64,000 nt of DNA, taken from the NCBI GenBank assembly GCA_963827235.1, contig CAWHAE010000012.1:736001-800000 (forward strand). The letters run 5' to 3'. Position 1 is the stretch's first letter. Every line of letters starts with the position of its first letter. Both the position numbers and the translations under genes were made by a program. A model generated the notes under the pieces. That model saw only the letters and a program-made list of their open reading frames with translations, had not been told where the DNA came from and did not search any database. Positions 1 through 7,477 of this stretch are shown in pieces. The stretch comes from an uncultured bacterium. Its GTDB lineage: Bacteria; Chloroflexota; UBA5177; JANWHV01.

Positions 1-16
1 TGTTGCCGTTTACGGC

Positions 17-292
17 GTGCTCATGTTGTTGGGTGCGGAGCTGCTGATGTTGCGCGACGCGCACTGGGTTGCGATGATCTATCTGGCAGTGAACGGCCTG
101 TTGATTGCCGGGGGCGTGATCGTCGAGCGGAGCGCATATCGACCTCGTCTGAGCAGTGGCTCCGGCGAGTGGGAGCTCACGGGAGAACGGTTCATCGATC
201 CTACTACCAAGCGTCTGGTGGAGGTGCGCTACAATCCGTCGACTGGCGAGCGCGACTATGTGGACATTCCTCCGCCGCTGGAGCGGGGCTAG
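17..292 (+). CDS. Small membrane protein, hypothetical (5' end may lie outside the window)
   Basis: Hydrophobic N-terminal segments followed by a soluble motif WELTGERFIDPTT..VEVRYNPSTGERDY; stop overlaps the convergent HD gene. Confidence 0.65.
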   Translation: MLMLLGAELLMLRDAHWVAMIYLAVNGLLIAGGVIVERSAYRPRLSSGSGEWELTGERFIDPTTKRLVEVRYNPSTGERDYVDIPPPLERG

Positions 293-891
293 CCTACCGG
301 CGGTTCCGCCAGCAAGCCGTCGTCGATCGCCCGCTGGATGAGCCCGCCGACAAGCTCCGCGAGCTTGCTCGAGCTCTGAGCGATCGGGGCCATGCGATTT
401 CGTACCTGGCTGGCGTTGATGCCGTACGCGGTCCAGGATCCGCCTTTGCTCTCCAGATTGCACAGGAGGGGTTGGAGCCTATCGAGTGCCACGGCGAATC
501 GAGCCTCGGCCGTTGCGCCCACCTCGAACTCCACCCACAGATTGCGAAGCTCGGTTGCCTGTTCGCTGGGTAGAAGACCAAACAGGCGCTTTGCAGCACG
601 CTGCTCGCGCTCGGCCTGGCTCAGGAGGCCCTCCTCGTCGTAGCAGAACGTATCACCGGCGTCGACCTCGACCAGATCGTGAAGCAGCAGCATGCGAATC
701 ACATGACCGGTGTCGACGGGCTGATCGGCGTAGTCGGCGAGCACAAGGGCCATGAGAGCGAGGTGCCACGAGTGCTCGGCGCTGTTTTCCCGGCGCGATC
801 CATCCATGATGCTCGTGCGGCGCAGCACATTCTTGAGCTTATCTATCTCGACGATGAACTCAAGCTGGCGCGAGAGGCGTTGGTCGAGCAA
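289..891 (-). CDS. HD-domain phosphohydrolase (HD_3, YfbR/HDDC2-like 5'-deoxynucleotidase family)
   Basis: Motifs EIDKLK..RR, RENSAEHSWH, LLHDLVE.DAGD, LDRLQP; TTG start at 891 preceded by AGGAG; TACAAT -10-like hexamer on the minus strand near 952-957. Confidence 0.9.
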   Translation of the reverse strand: MLDQRLSRQLEFIVEIDKLKNVLRRTSIMDGSRRENSAEHSWHLALMALVLADYADQPVDTGHVIRMLLLHDLVEVDAGDTFCYDEEGLLSQAEREQRAAKRLFGLLPSEQATELRNLWVEFEVGATAEARFAVALDRLQPLLCNLESKGGSWTAYGINASQVRNRMAPIAQSSSKLAELVGGLIQRAIDDGLLAEPPVG

Positions 892-967
892 GGAACGCTC
901 CTGTCTGGCTAATGGCCGGCTGCACCGCGCTCCGCGGGTGGCTCGACGGGCATTGTACACGACTGAA

Positions 968-1330
968 GCCTGCGCGCGGCCGATCAGGGCGACATAACTG
1001 CACATAACAATTGGATCTACCAAGCTGAGCAGACCTACTCTCTCCTGAAACGGGATCAGGGTTTGCCCAGGATGTGTGTGTTAGGATACTACCCGGAGCA
1101 TAAGAGAGTAAGCCAGCGGCACGTTACGATGTCGCGTTGGCGGAGAGTTTGTAGTGCGATGCCGCGGGCTAAAGAGCTCTTGGTTATGTGTAGCTAGAAC
1201 GATGAAGCTGCGCGCTCCTTCTCCGTTGCCGGCTTGTTGGCAGGTACTGCCCTCCTAGGCCAGAACAGCTTAGCCGGCATTCATTCGGGCCAGGTCGATA
1301 CGCTCCCGTCCAGCCAATCTACCTGGCCCG
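968..1330 (+). ncRNA. Candidate large structured non-coding RNA (family unassigned)
   Basis: Nested helices 972-980/1207-1215, 998-1008/1183-1193, 1029-1034/1147-1152, 1036-1043/1103-1110 and 1112-1118/1135-1141, then hairpins 1227-1234/1272-1279 and 1286-1295/1321-1330. Wobble positions are G.U on the + strand. No credible ORF. Confidence 0.6.
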
Positions 1331-1489
1331 CCCCTTTCCTCCAACGGCAGCAGCCCGGTCTCGCGCTCGTCCTCCTCCTCGGGCGGAGCCGGACGGCCCA
1401 AGAATACTCAACTCACCGTCGCGCTGCGTCACCGCCCGCACCACCCGGCTTATCACATACCGCGCAGGGCCACTGGCCGCAGTATTGTG

Positions 1490-1534
1490 AAAATGTAAAT
1501 ACCTATTGACATTTTATAAACTCAACACGACAAT
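1490..1534 (+). promoter_or_regulatory. Sigma70-type promoter overlapped by a palindromic operator
   Basis: TTGACA (1506-1511), 17 bp spacer, GACAAT (1529-1534); inverted repeat AAAATGTAAATA-cc-TATTGACATTTT (1490-1515, one mismatch) in an AT-rich patch. Confidence 0.7.
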
Positions 1535-1604
1535 AGTGAATAGCAAGCGAGTCACTGTTGAGCCTTCAGTCGCGGCAGTCGACTAGCAGAGGAGATGCGG
1601 AAAT

Positions 1605-1988
1605 ATGCCGGACGAAGAGCAAGCACGTATTCTGCGCATGGTGGCCGATGGCACCATCACACCCGCCGAGGCCGGCGACCTTCTCTCGGCACTGGACCAT
1701 CAGCGCCGCGCACCGGCGCCGCCGGTTGCCACGGTTGTCCGGCCGGCGAGCAAACGGCACCTAACGATCCAGATCATCGACGGCGACGACGACAAGGTAA
1801 ACGTTCGCATCCCCCTGGCGCTCGCGCGCGCGGCAGGCCGATTCATTCCCCGGCAGGCGCAAGCCTATCTCGAGGAGAGGGAGATCAGTATTGAGGCAAT
1901 CCTCGAAGGGCTACAAGCGGAGGATGGCGAGAACACGCTGCTCGAGATACACGAGGGCGATTCGTTCGTTAGAATTGCCGTGGAGTAG
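1605..1988 (+). CDS. SHOCT-like domain protein (YvlB/LiaX N-terminal-like; type often found beside DUF2089 regulators)
   Basis: N-terminal EEQARILRMVADGTITPAEAGDLLSAL; C-terminal KVNVRIPL...VRIAVE; RBS GAGGAG. Confidence 0.75.
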   Translation: MPDEEQARILRMVADGTITPAEAGDLLSALDHQRRAPAPPVATVVRPASKRHLTIQIIDGDDDKVNVRIPLALARAAGRFIPRQAQAYLEEREISIEAILEGLQAEDGENTLLEIHEGDSFVRIAVE

Positions 1989-2100
1989 GGGCAATGATTG
2001 ACATGGCCGGCCCCACACGGAACACCCGCCTGCCCATCGCTGTCGGGCGTGCCCCTCCAGGGCCGGCCTTGCCTGACTCGACCCGGTCCTTCCCGTGCCG

Positions 2101-2643
2101 TCAGGCTCCTCTGCCCTCGAGAAGCCAGAACCGCTCGACCACGTAGCCGGTCAGGCCGGCGAGGTAGGTCCGGTCCATGCGGAACGGGACCTGGTCCCTC
2201 AAGCCCAGCAGACCCATCAAGTCGCGATCCCTCACGTGACGCTTCGTCCTGAGCAACCAGCAGAGACGGATGAGCGTGTTCTGATCGCAATCAGCCTCTC
2301 GAAACAGCAACAGGCTGCCGTACACCGCGGCACTCCGTCCACCATGCAGCACCCGGTGGCAGAGCACGCACACCGTTTCGAGCGCTTCGAGGCGGCTGTC
2401 GCGATACCCGTTGAGATGGTTCACCTCCAGCACGGCGTGGCGGCCGGCACCTTTGCCCTGTCCACAGTACACGCACCACGCGTCGCGGCCCAGCACCTGC
2501 GCGCGCAAGTTCTGCCAACCGGAAGGGGCACGAGCGCCGCGCGGTCGCCACTCGCCGGGATCGAGGTACGAGGGCCTCAGCTTCTTCAATGGGCGTGGCG
2601 GCGGGGCCAGCTCAGCTATAGCCGCTTCCAGATCTGCGTGCAT
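2101..2643 (-). CDS. HNH endonuclease-family protein with C-terminal extension
   Basis: W..LR..VL.RD..CVYCG...LEVNHLNG......LETVCVLCHRVLH (two CxxC pairs plus His residues); RBS GGGAG. Confidence 0.75.
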   Translation of the reverse strand: MHADLEAAIAELAPPPRPLKKLRPSYLDPGEWRPRGARAPSGWQNLRAQVLGRDAWCVYCGQGKGAGRHAVLEVNHLNGYRDSRLEALETVCVLCHRVLHGGRSAAVYGSLLLFREADCDQNTLIRLCWLLRTKRHVRDRDLMGLLGLRDQVPFRMDRTYLAGLTGYVVERFWLLEGRGA

Positions 2644-2776
2644 GATTCTCCCAAATGGCGTCGTCGCGCGTCTGTATTCGTCGCCAGCCCTGTGCTATAG
2701 TCAGAGTACCGGGCGGCCCCGCCTGGGTAGATCACGATGGTGTGACCTGTCTACAGCGCACAAGGAGGTGTGTTGC

Positions 2777-2989
2777 ATGCATCCCATTTCTCTTCGTGGA
2801 GGCTCGAGCGCCCCGGCCGGCGTGTACCGCGAGCTGCACAGCGGTCGCATGGTGTACATGGATACCACGGGCACCTTGCCGGGGCAACTGAACTCGGAGA
2901 CGTACGTCGAAGTGCCGCAGGCCGCACTGCTGAACCGGCGTGTCTCGCAGCACCACGGTCGGGCCAAACGGGACATCCATCCGGCCTGA
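2777..2989 (+). CDS. Small hypothetical protein (70 aa), possibly YjzC-like
   Basis: Strong RBS AAGGAGGTG at 2762-2770, ATG at 2777, extended -10 TGCTATAGT near 2693-2701, hairpin directly downstream; motif APAGVYRE..SGR.V.....LP. Confidence 0.7.
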   Translation: MHPISLRGGSSAPAGVYRELHSGRMVYMDTTGTLPGQLNSETYVEVPQAALLNRRVSQHHGRAKRDIHPA

Positions 2990-3005
2990 CCGCCGATGGA
3001 AGACG

Positions 3006-3041
3006 TGAGGCGGCCTCCCCAGGCCAGGGGAGGCCGCCTCA
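3006..3041. terminator. Perfect 15-bp hairpin between convergent genes
   Basis: TGAGGCGGCCTCCCC-aggcca-GGGGAGGCCGCCTCA. Confidence 0.7.
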
Positions 3042-3100
3042 TCGCTCAGATGTGAGAGCCGCCGTCCGGAACCTGTCATGCCGGCTACTCGACCCGAGCT

Positions 3101-4219
3101 TCAGTTGCTAGCTTCTGGGAACGATCGGGTGCGGAGCGTGACGCGCGCCAGCGCCGCACGATCGACCTCTACTCCGGTGCCGGGCGTCGAACGCACCTGC
3201 ATCGTTCCGCCGGGCTGCAACACGAACGAGGGACCGGCGATATCCTCGTGGAAGTAACGGGCGCTTGCCGAAATGTCGCTCGGCAGGCTAAAGTTCGGCA
3301 GACTGGCCAGGCACACGTTCGCCGCACGACCGACGTTCGTCTCGAGCATGCCACCGCACCATACCGGCACACCCGCATCCCGGCACAGATCGTGGATCTG
3401 CTTGCTGCGCAGCAAGCCGCCTACCCGACCGGCCTTGATGTTGATGATGCGACAGGCACCCAGAGCGATAGCGTGGCGGGCGTCATCAGGCGTGCATATG
3501 GCCTCATCCAGGCAGATAGCGGTGCGGAGCTGCCGCTGCAGCGTCGCGTGGTCCACGATGTCCTCCTCATCCAGGGGCTGCTCGATCATGAGGAGGTTGA
3601 ATTGGTCCAGCCCGGCAAGCAGCTCCGCGTCCGCCAGTGTATAGGCCGAGTTGGCGTCGACACTCAGCAATATGTCTGGAAACCGCTCGCGCACCGCGGC
3701 GACGAAGCGGATATCGCGGCCCGGTGCGATCTTGAGCTTGACGCGCCGGTAGCCCTGCTCCACGTGCTGCGCGACCGCCTGCACCAAGCTCTCCGGTGTC
3801 TCTCGAATACCAAGGCTGACACCGCTCGGCGTTTCGCTGCGCGTCCCACCCAGCATCTCCGCCAGCGGGCGACCCTGCGCGCGCGACAAGAGGTCCCACA
3901 ACGCCTGCTCGACCGACGCGATGGCCATGCGATGACCGCGAATGCGGCTCAAGCGCGTCCACAGATCGGCCGCGTCTGCCACGTCACGGCCGACGATCTC
4001 CGGCGCGATGAACGACTCGATCACGTGCCAGGCCGTTTCCACCGTCTCGTAGGAATACCAGGGGCCATCCCCGGCCACACATTCGCCCCAACCTTCAACT
4101 CCGCCGCCTGCCAGCCGCAAGATCAAGCAGGGTCTCTCCACCTGCGTGCCAAAACTGGTCACGAAAGGAGCCACCAGGGGCATGGAAACGTGAAATACTT
4201 CTAGCTCGTCGAGGTGCAC
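3101..4219 (-). CDS. menC: o-succinylbenzoate synthase / N-succinylamino acid racemase (NSAR/OSBS subfamily, enolase superfamily)
   Basis: PFVTSFG, GWGECVA...PWYSYET, RVKLKI, VDANSAY, IEQPL, CLDE, INIKAGRVGG, WCGGMLE, SDISASARYF. Confidence 0.92.
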   Translation of the reverse strand: MHLDELEVFHVSMPLVAPFVTSFGTQVERPCLILRLAGGGVEGWGECVAGDGPWYSYETVETAWHVIESFIAPEIVGRDVADAADLWTRLSRIRGHRMAIASVEQALWDLLSRAQGRPLAEMLGGTRSETPSGVSLGIRETPESLVQAVAQHVEQGYRRVKLKIAPGRDIRFVAAVRERFPDILLSVDANSAYTLADAELLAGLDQFNLLMIEQPLDEEDIVDHATLQRQLRTAICLDEAICTPDDARHAIALGACRIINIKAGRVGGLLRSKQIHDLCRDAGVPVWCGGMLETNVGRAANVCLASLPNFSLPSDISASARYFHEDIAGPSFVLQPGGTMQVRSTPGTGVEVDRAALARVTLRTRSFPEASN

Positions 4220-4233
4220 AGCACGACTCCCGT

Positions 4234-5127
4234 CTAGGCCTGAGCGTTAGGAGAGGCCGTCAAGCGGCCGATCACATAGTAGCAGCGGGTGAGTGCGCCC
4301 GGCCGCGCGTCCACGGCGAAATCGAGCACGGCGTATCCACGGGCAAACAGATCCGCGAAGAGCGCTCGCGTGCCGTAGCGCCAGGCATGGGCATCCCCGT
4401 CGGCCAGGCGCTTGATCGTCTGGAAGTTCGACGGTACCTCGATCAGCATGGTGGCAGCGTCCCGCCCAGCCTCGACGTCGATAAGGCACATGTACGGCTC
4501 CTCGCCACCCTCCCGCACTTCGCACCGGGTGAGCACCGGGATCTTCGAAGCAAGCAACTCGCGCGCCGCCGGCGCCGGACGCTCGCCGGTGAGCCGGGCT
4601 TCGACAATTGACCGCCCAACATACCACGATGCCGTCAACCGATCGGATTCCATGCTGTGATTGAAAGCGTCCGCCATTATCCCGTACAGGTTCGGCGTGT
4701 ACTGGAACGCGATCGCCCCCAGGTGCCCGATGTTCAGGTGGGCATTCCGGGATTCCAGCGGGTCGAAGGTCCACACGACCAGGTCCAGGCCCTGCTGTAG
4801 CACGAACTCGCGCTGCCTGAGCTTCATTCGGAACCCGACGTGCCTGCTGCGCCATTCAGGTAGCATGCCGAGCAGGTGCGAGCAGTGAACGACTCTACCC
4901 TCCTTCAGTCCCGGAAAGCCCAACAGGACGCCAATCATTTCTCCAGCCGTACCGCGGGCACCGAGCAGCAACCCGCCGTACCGCTGAAGCGTGATCAGCA
5001 GGCCGGTCTGCAGGATCTCTGATTCAGCGCCCGACCAGACGCGGGCCTCCACTGCCTGCCATTCCGCCAGATCCTCAAACGACCGTACCTCGAAGATATC
5101 GATACCGTCATCCAACGCAGAATTCAT
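4234..5127 (-). CDS. GNAT-family acyltransferase (D-amino acid N-succinyltransferase type)
   Basis: HCSHLLG..PEWR...G..MK..QR, WTFDPLESRNAHLN..LGA, Y..NLYG, SDRL...W; sits immediately upstream of the OSBS/NSAR gene. Confidence 0.85.
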   Translation of the reverse strand: MNSALDDGIDIFEVRSFEDLAEWQAVEARVWSGAESEILQTGLLITLQRYGGLLLGARGTAGEMIGVLLGFPGLKEGRVVHCSHLLGMLPEWRSRHVGFRMKLRQREFVLQQGLDLVVWTFDPLESRNAHLNIGHLGAIAFQYTPNLYGIMADAFNHSMESDRLTASWYVGRSIVEARLTGERPAPAARELLASKIPVLTRCEVREGGEEPYMCLIDVEAGRDAATMLIEVPSNFQTIKRLADGDAHAWRYGTRALFADLFARGYAVLDFAVDARPGALTRCYYVIGRLTASPNAQA

Positions 5128-5148
5128 ATGAGCACTCGTCCAACGTCC

Positions 5149-5185
5149 TGTCACACAATTGACATTGATTCCTATCGGGATTCTA
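5149..5185 (-). promoter_or_regulatory. Putative -10 element and TGTCA-N6-TGACA operator for the GNAT-menC operon
   Basis: TAGAAT on the minus strand (5180-5185); inverted repeat TGTCA-cacaat-TGACA at 5149-5164. Confidence 0.45.
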
Positions 5186-5210
5186 CCGCAAGGAAGCAGC
5201 GGTCAGGGAG

Positions 5211-7004
5211 TCAGCGGGCTCGTCGCACCGCGTGACGCCAGACGGGCAGCAGGGTGGCCGTCGATACCTCCGCGAAGACCGTGGCCATGGCACTGGAAAC
5301 CATGCTGCGCCGGTTGTCGAACAGCCAGTAGCGACACGACCATGTGGGATGGAACTTCTTGTTGAAGTCATACAGTGACCGCAGGGGAAGGTAGCGCACT
5401 CCTTCAAAGAACGCTGCGCGCGCCGCCATGATCGCGGCGCCCTCACCTTCAGGACATTCCTTGTCGCACAGCGTGGCAAAGTTGAGACTGAGCCAGCGGT
5501 ACCCGGCGTCCCTGAAATACTCCGCACTGCCGACGATCAGCGCTTCCATCAGGCCGTTTGGCGCATCGGGCAACCGCCGCATGTGATCCAGCGATAGGCT
5601 GTTCGCGGCGGGAACCGGAGCCAGGGTCAGAAACCCGAGGAGCCGGTCGGGCTCGCCCGTCTGGCCGGGAAGCACGGCCAGAGCCAGCCGATGCTCCCGA
5701 TCCCCTGCCGCTGGCAGCTTGCCGCTCGTCATCGAGAATCCCTGCTCAACGCCTCCGTGGGCCTGCAGCCATGCCCTGGACACGGCGCGGCACTGCTCCG
5801 CTAGGCCGGCATCCAGACCCGCCATCGTACTCAAGCGAATCTCGACACCGCGCGCTCTGACCGCGCGAGCGGCGCGCCGCACACGCTTTGCAAGCAGGGC
5901 TATGTCGAATCGCTGCAGATCGATCACCGCTTCCTCGCCAATCTTGACGGCCCGCATGCCCAACGAGCGGTAGTGCGCCATGGCTTCAGCCGATGCGCCG
6001 ACCACGCACACATTCAGGCCGTTGGAAGCGAATACGTCGAGAGCGTGCTCGAGGAGCGGCCGTGTGCTGCCGGGAGCGGCAACGGGATCGCCGCCCAGCA
6101 GGGCGGTGCCACCACGAATCACGTACGACACGAACCCCTGCCTATCGGCCGCGAAGATGTACGAACGGTCTCGTCTCATGTGGAAGTAGCACAGGGCGTC
6201 GGAGCCATAGCGATCGAGCAGCGCGCGCGCTCGCTCACGCTCTTCCTCCGTGGCCGGCGCGGTAGGTATGAGCGGGCGCAGCAGGTGAACAGCCGCGTAG
6301 ATCACTCCCACGAAAGCCAGCGCGTACAAGGAATCGTGAAACCACGGACCGCGCGGACCGCTGTATTCGACGGTAGGGGTGCCGGTCCACATGCCGACGA
6401 AGGCCGCTACAAGATACGGCACGGGGCGCGACGCAGGCCCGACCGTCATCAACACGCGCACCTGGTGGCCGAGCAACACCGCACCCAGTTCAGCATAGGC
6501 AACGCAGAGGCAGGCAAGCCGCAGCGTGCGCGTGGCAGCAGCACGCCAGGAGATAGGCAATGCCTGGACCACGAACTCGTCCCGGGCCCGCCACAGCAGC
6601 CAAGCGACGGCGAGGCAAAACGCCGCCTCCTCGAAGTCGATGCCGTTGAGCATATGCAGGACCGCCGATGCCACCAGAGCAACCATCGCCAGGCGTGCTG
6701 CACGCCGATTTCGCGCCGCCAATGACCGCGCGAGCATCACGGCCAGGATACCGGTAAGCACAATCACGGTCCGGCTCACCCGGATAGTGGAGGTGCCGAC
6801 CAGTGCTTCGAGCAGGATGAGGCGCGGATGAATGGCCGGAGTGAGTGCCGAGATCAGGTCGACCACCCCGGCAAGAGCCAGGAGCATGGCCAGCACGTTC
6901 GCCGTGGAGCTCGAGCGTCTCCCCCCGTCCCGGAGCATTGGTCCTCCCGTTGCGCTACGTCGGCCAAGTGCGAGTCTGGTGCTCGCTTGGCGTTCATCTG
7001 CCAT
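5211..7004 (-). CDS. Aminoacyl-phosphatidylglycerol synthase domain protein (MprF/LysX-like, DUF2156) with N-terminal TM region
   Basis: TM helices with HMLNGIDFEEA; DALCYF..RRDRSY, GDPV, GEEAVIDL, LDHMRR..DAPNGLME, SLNFA, SLYDFNKKF.P.W..RY. Confidence 0.85.
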   Translation of the reverse strand: MADERQASTRLALGRRSATGGPMLRDGGRRSSSTANVLAMLLALAGVVDLISALTPAIHPRLILLEALVGTSTIRVSRTVIVLTGILAVMLARSLAARNRRAARLAMVALVASAVLHMLNGIDFEEAAFCLAVAWLLWRARDEFVVQALPISWRAAATRTLRLACLCVAYAELGAVLLGHQVRVLMTVGPASRPVPYLVAAFVGMWTGTPTVEYSGPRGPWFHDSLYALAFVGVIYAAVHLLRPLIPTAPATEEERERARALLDRYGSDALCYFHMRRDRSYIFAADRQGFVSYVIRGGTALLGGDPVAAPGSTRPLLEHALDVFASNGLNVCVVGASAEAMAHYRSLGMRAVKIGEEAVIDLQRFDIALLAKRVRRAARAVRARGVEIRLSTMAGLDAGLAEQCRAVSRAWLQAHGGVEQGFSMTSGKLPAAGDREHRLALAVLPGQTGEPDRLLGFLTLAPVPAANSLSLDHMRRLPDAPNGLMEALIVGSAEYFRDAGYRWLSLNFATLCDKECPEGEGAAIMAARAAFFEGVRYLPLRSLYDFNKKFHPTWSCRYWLFDNRRSMVSSAMATVFAEVSTATLLPVWRHAVRRAR

Positions 7005-7223
7005 TCATATTCTAGCCCTGCCCGTGGCCCGCGGAACAGTGCCGCCACTCCTCCTCACAGCGGTTGGTGGCAGCCCCAGAGCGCTGTGATGTACGCGTGG
7101 CGTGTCCACGTCACGCCGCGCGACGCACGTTCGGAATAGTACTCTGCCCGGCTTGCTGGCGCCCACGCGCGCATGTACGATGTCTGGTGAAAATTGGCTG
7201 CCTGTGGTCTGGAAGGAGATGCC

Positions 7224-7472
7224 ATGAACTCCGGGACGAGCGACCACACTGCCGCGGTCTCAGCTGCCCCGGCGGAACCCGATGCCGGCGCCGGCGAGGT
7301 CACCTGCCGGCCCAACCGGTACTGCATGGCAGCCGCTGGCATACTGGTCGATGAAGGCGTGTGCCCGGACCTGAGCGCGGCCGTGGCCTGGCTTTGCGAA
7401 GCCGGCATGGTATCCCACCGCACACTGTTCTTTCGCGCCGTCGACCGGGTGGCTGAGAGCGGACGCCCGTAG
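7224..7472 (+). CDS. Small hypothetical protein (82 aa)
   Basis: RBS AAGGAG before ATG 7224; fills the gap between divergent and convergent neighbours. Confidence 0.55.
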   Translation: MNSGTSDHTAAVSAAPAEPDAGAGEVTCRPNRYCMAAAGILVDEGVCPDLSAAVAWLCEAGMVSHRTLFFRAVDRVAESGRP

Positions 7473-7477
7473 GGCGG

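Noticed and set aside
892-1023. N-terminal extension of the HD gene in the ORF track (start at 1023)
   Set aside because: The RBS and domain boundary support TTG at 891; the extension overlaps the promoter and the candidate RNA
2101-2643. HNH gene as an IscB/HEARO or other RNA-guided mobile element
   Set aside because: No RuvC motifs, PLMP N-terminus, transposon ends or directly adjacent omega-RNA-like sequence
5180-5205. CC-GCAA-GG-AAGCAGC resembles the SRP RNA domain IV motif
   Set aside because: The required 5' CAGG strand and long flanking helix are missing; the gap is short and reads better as the minus-strand promoter of the GNAT gene
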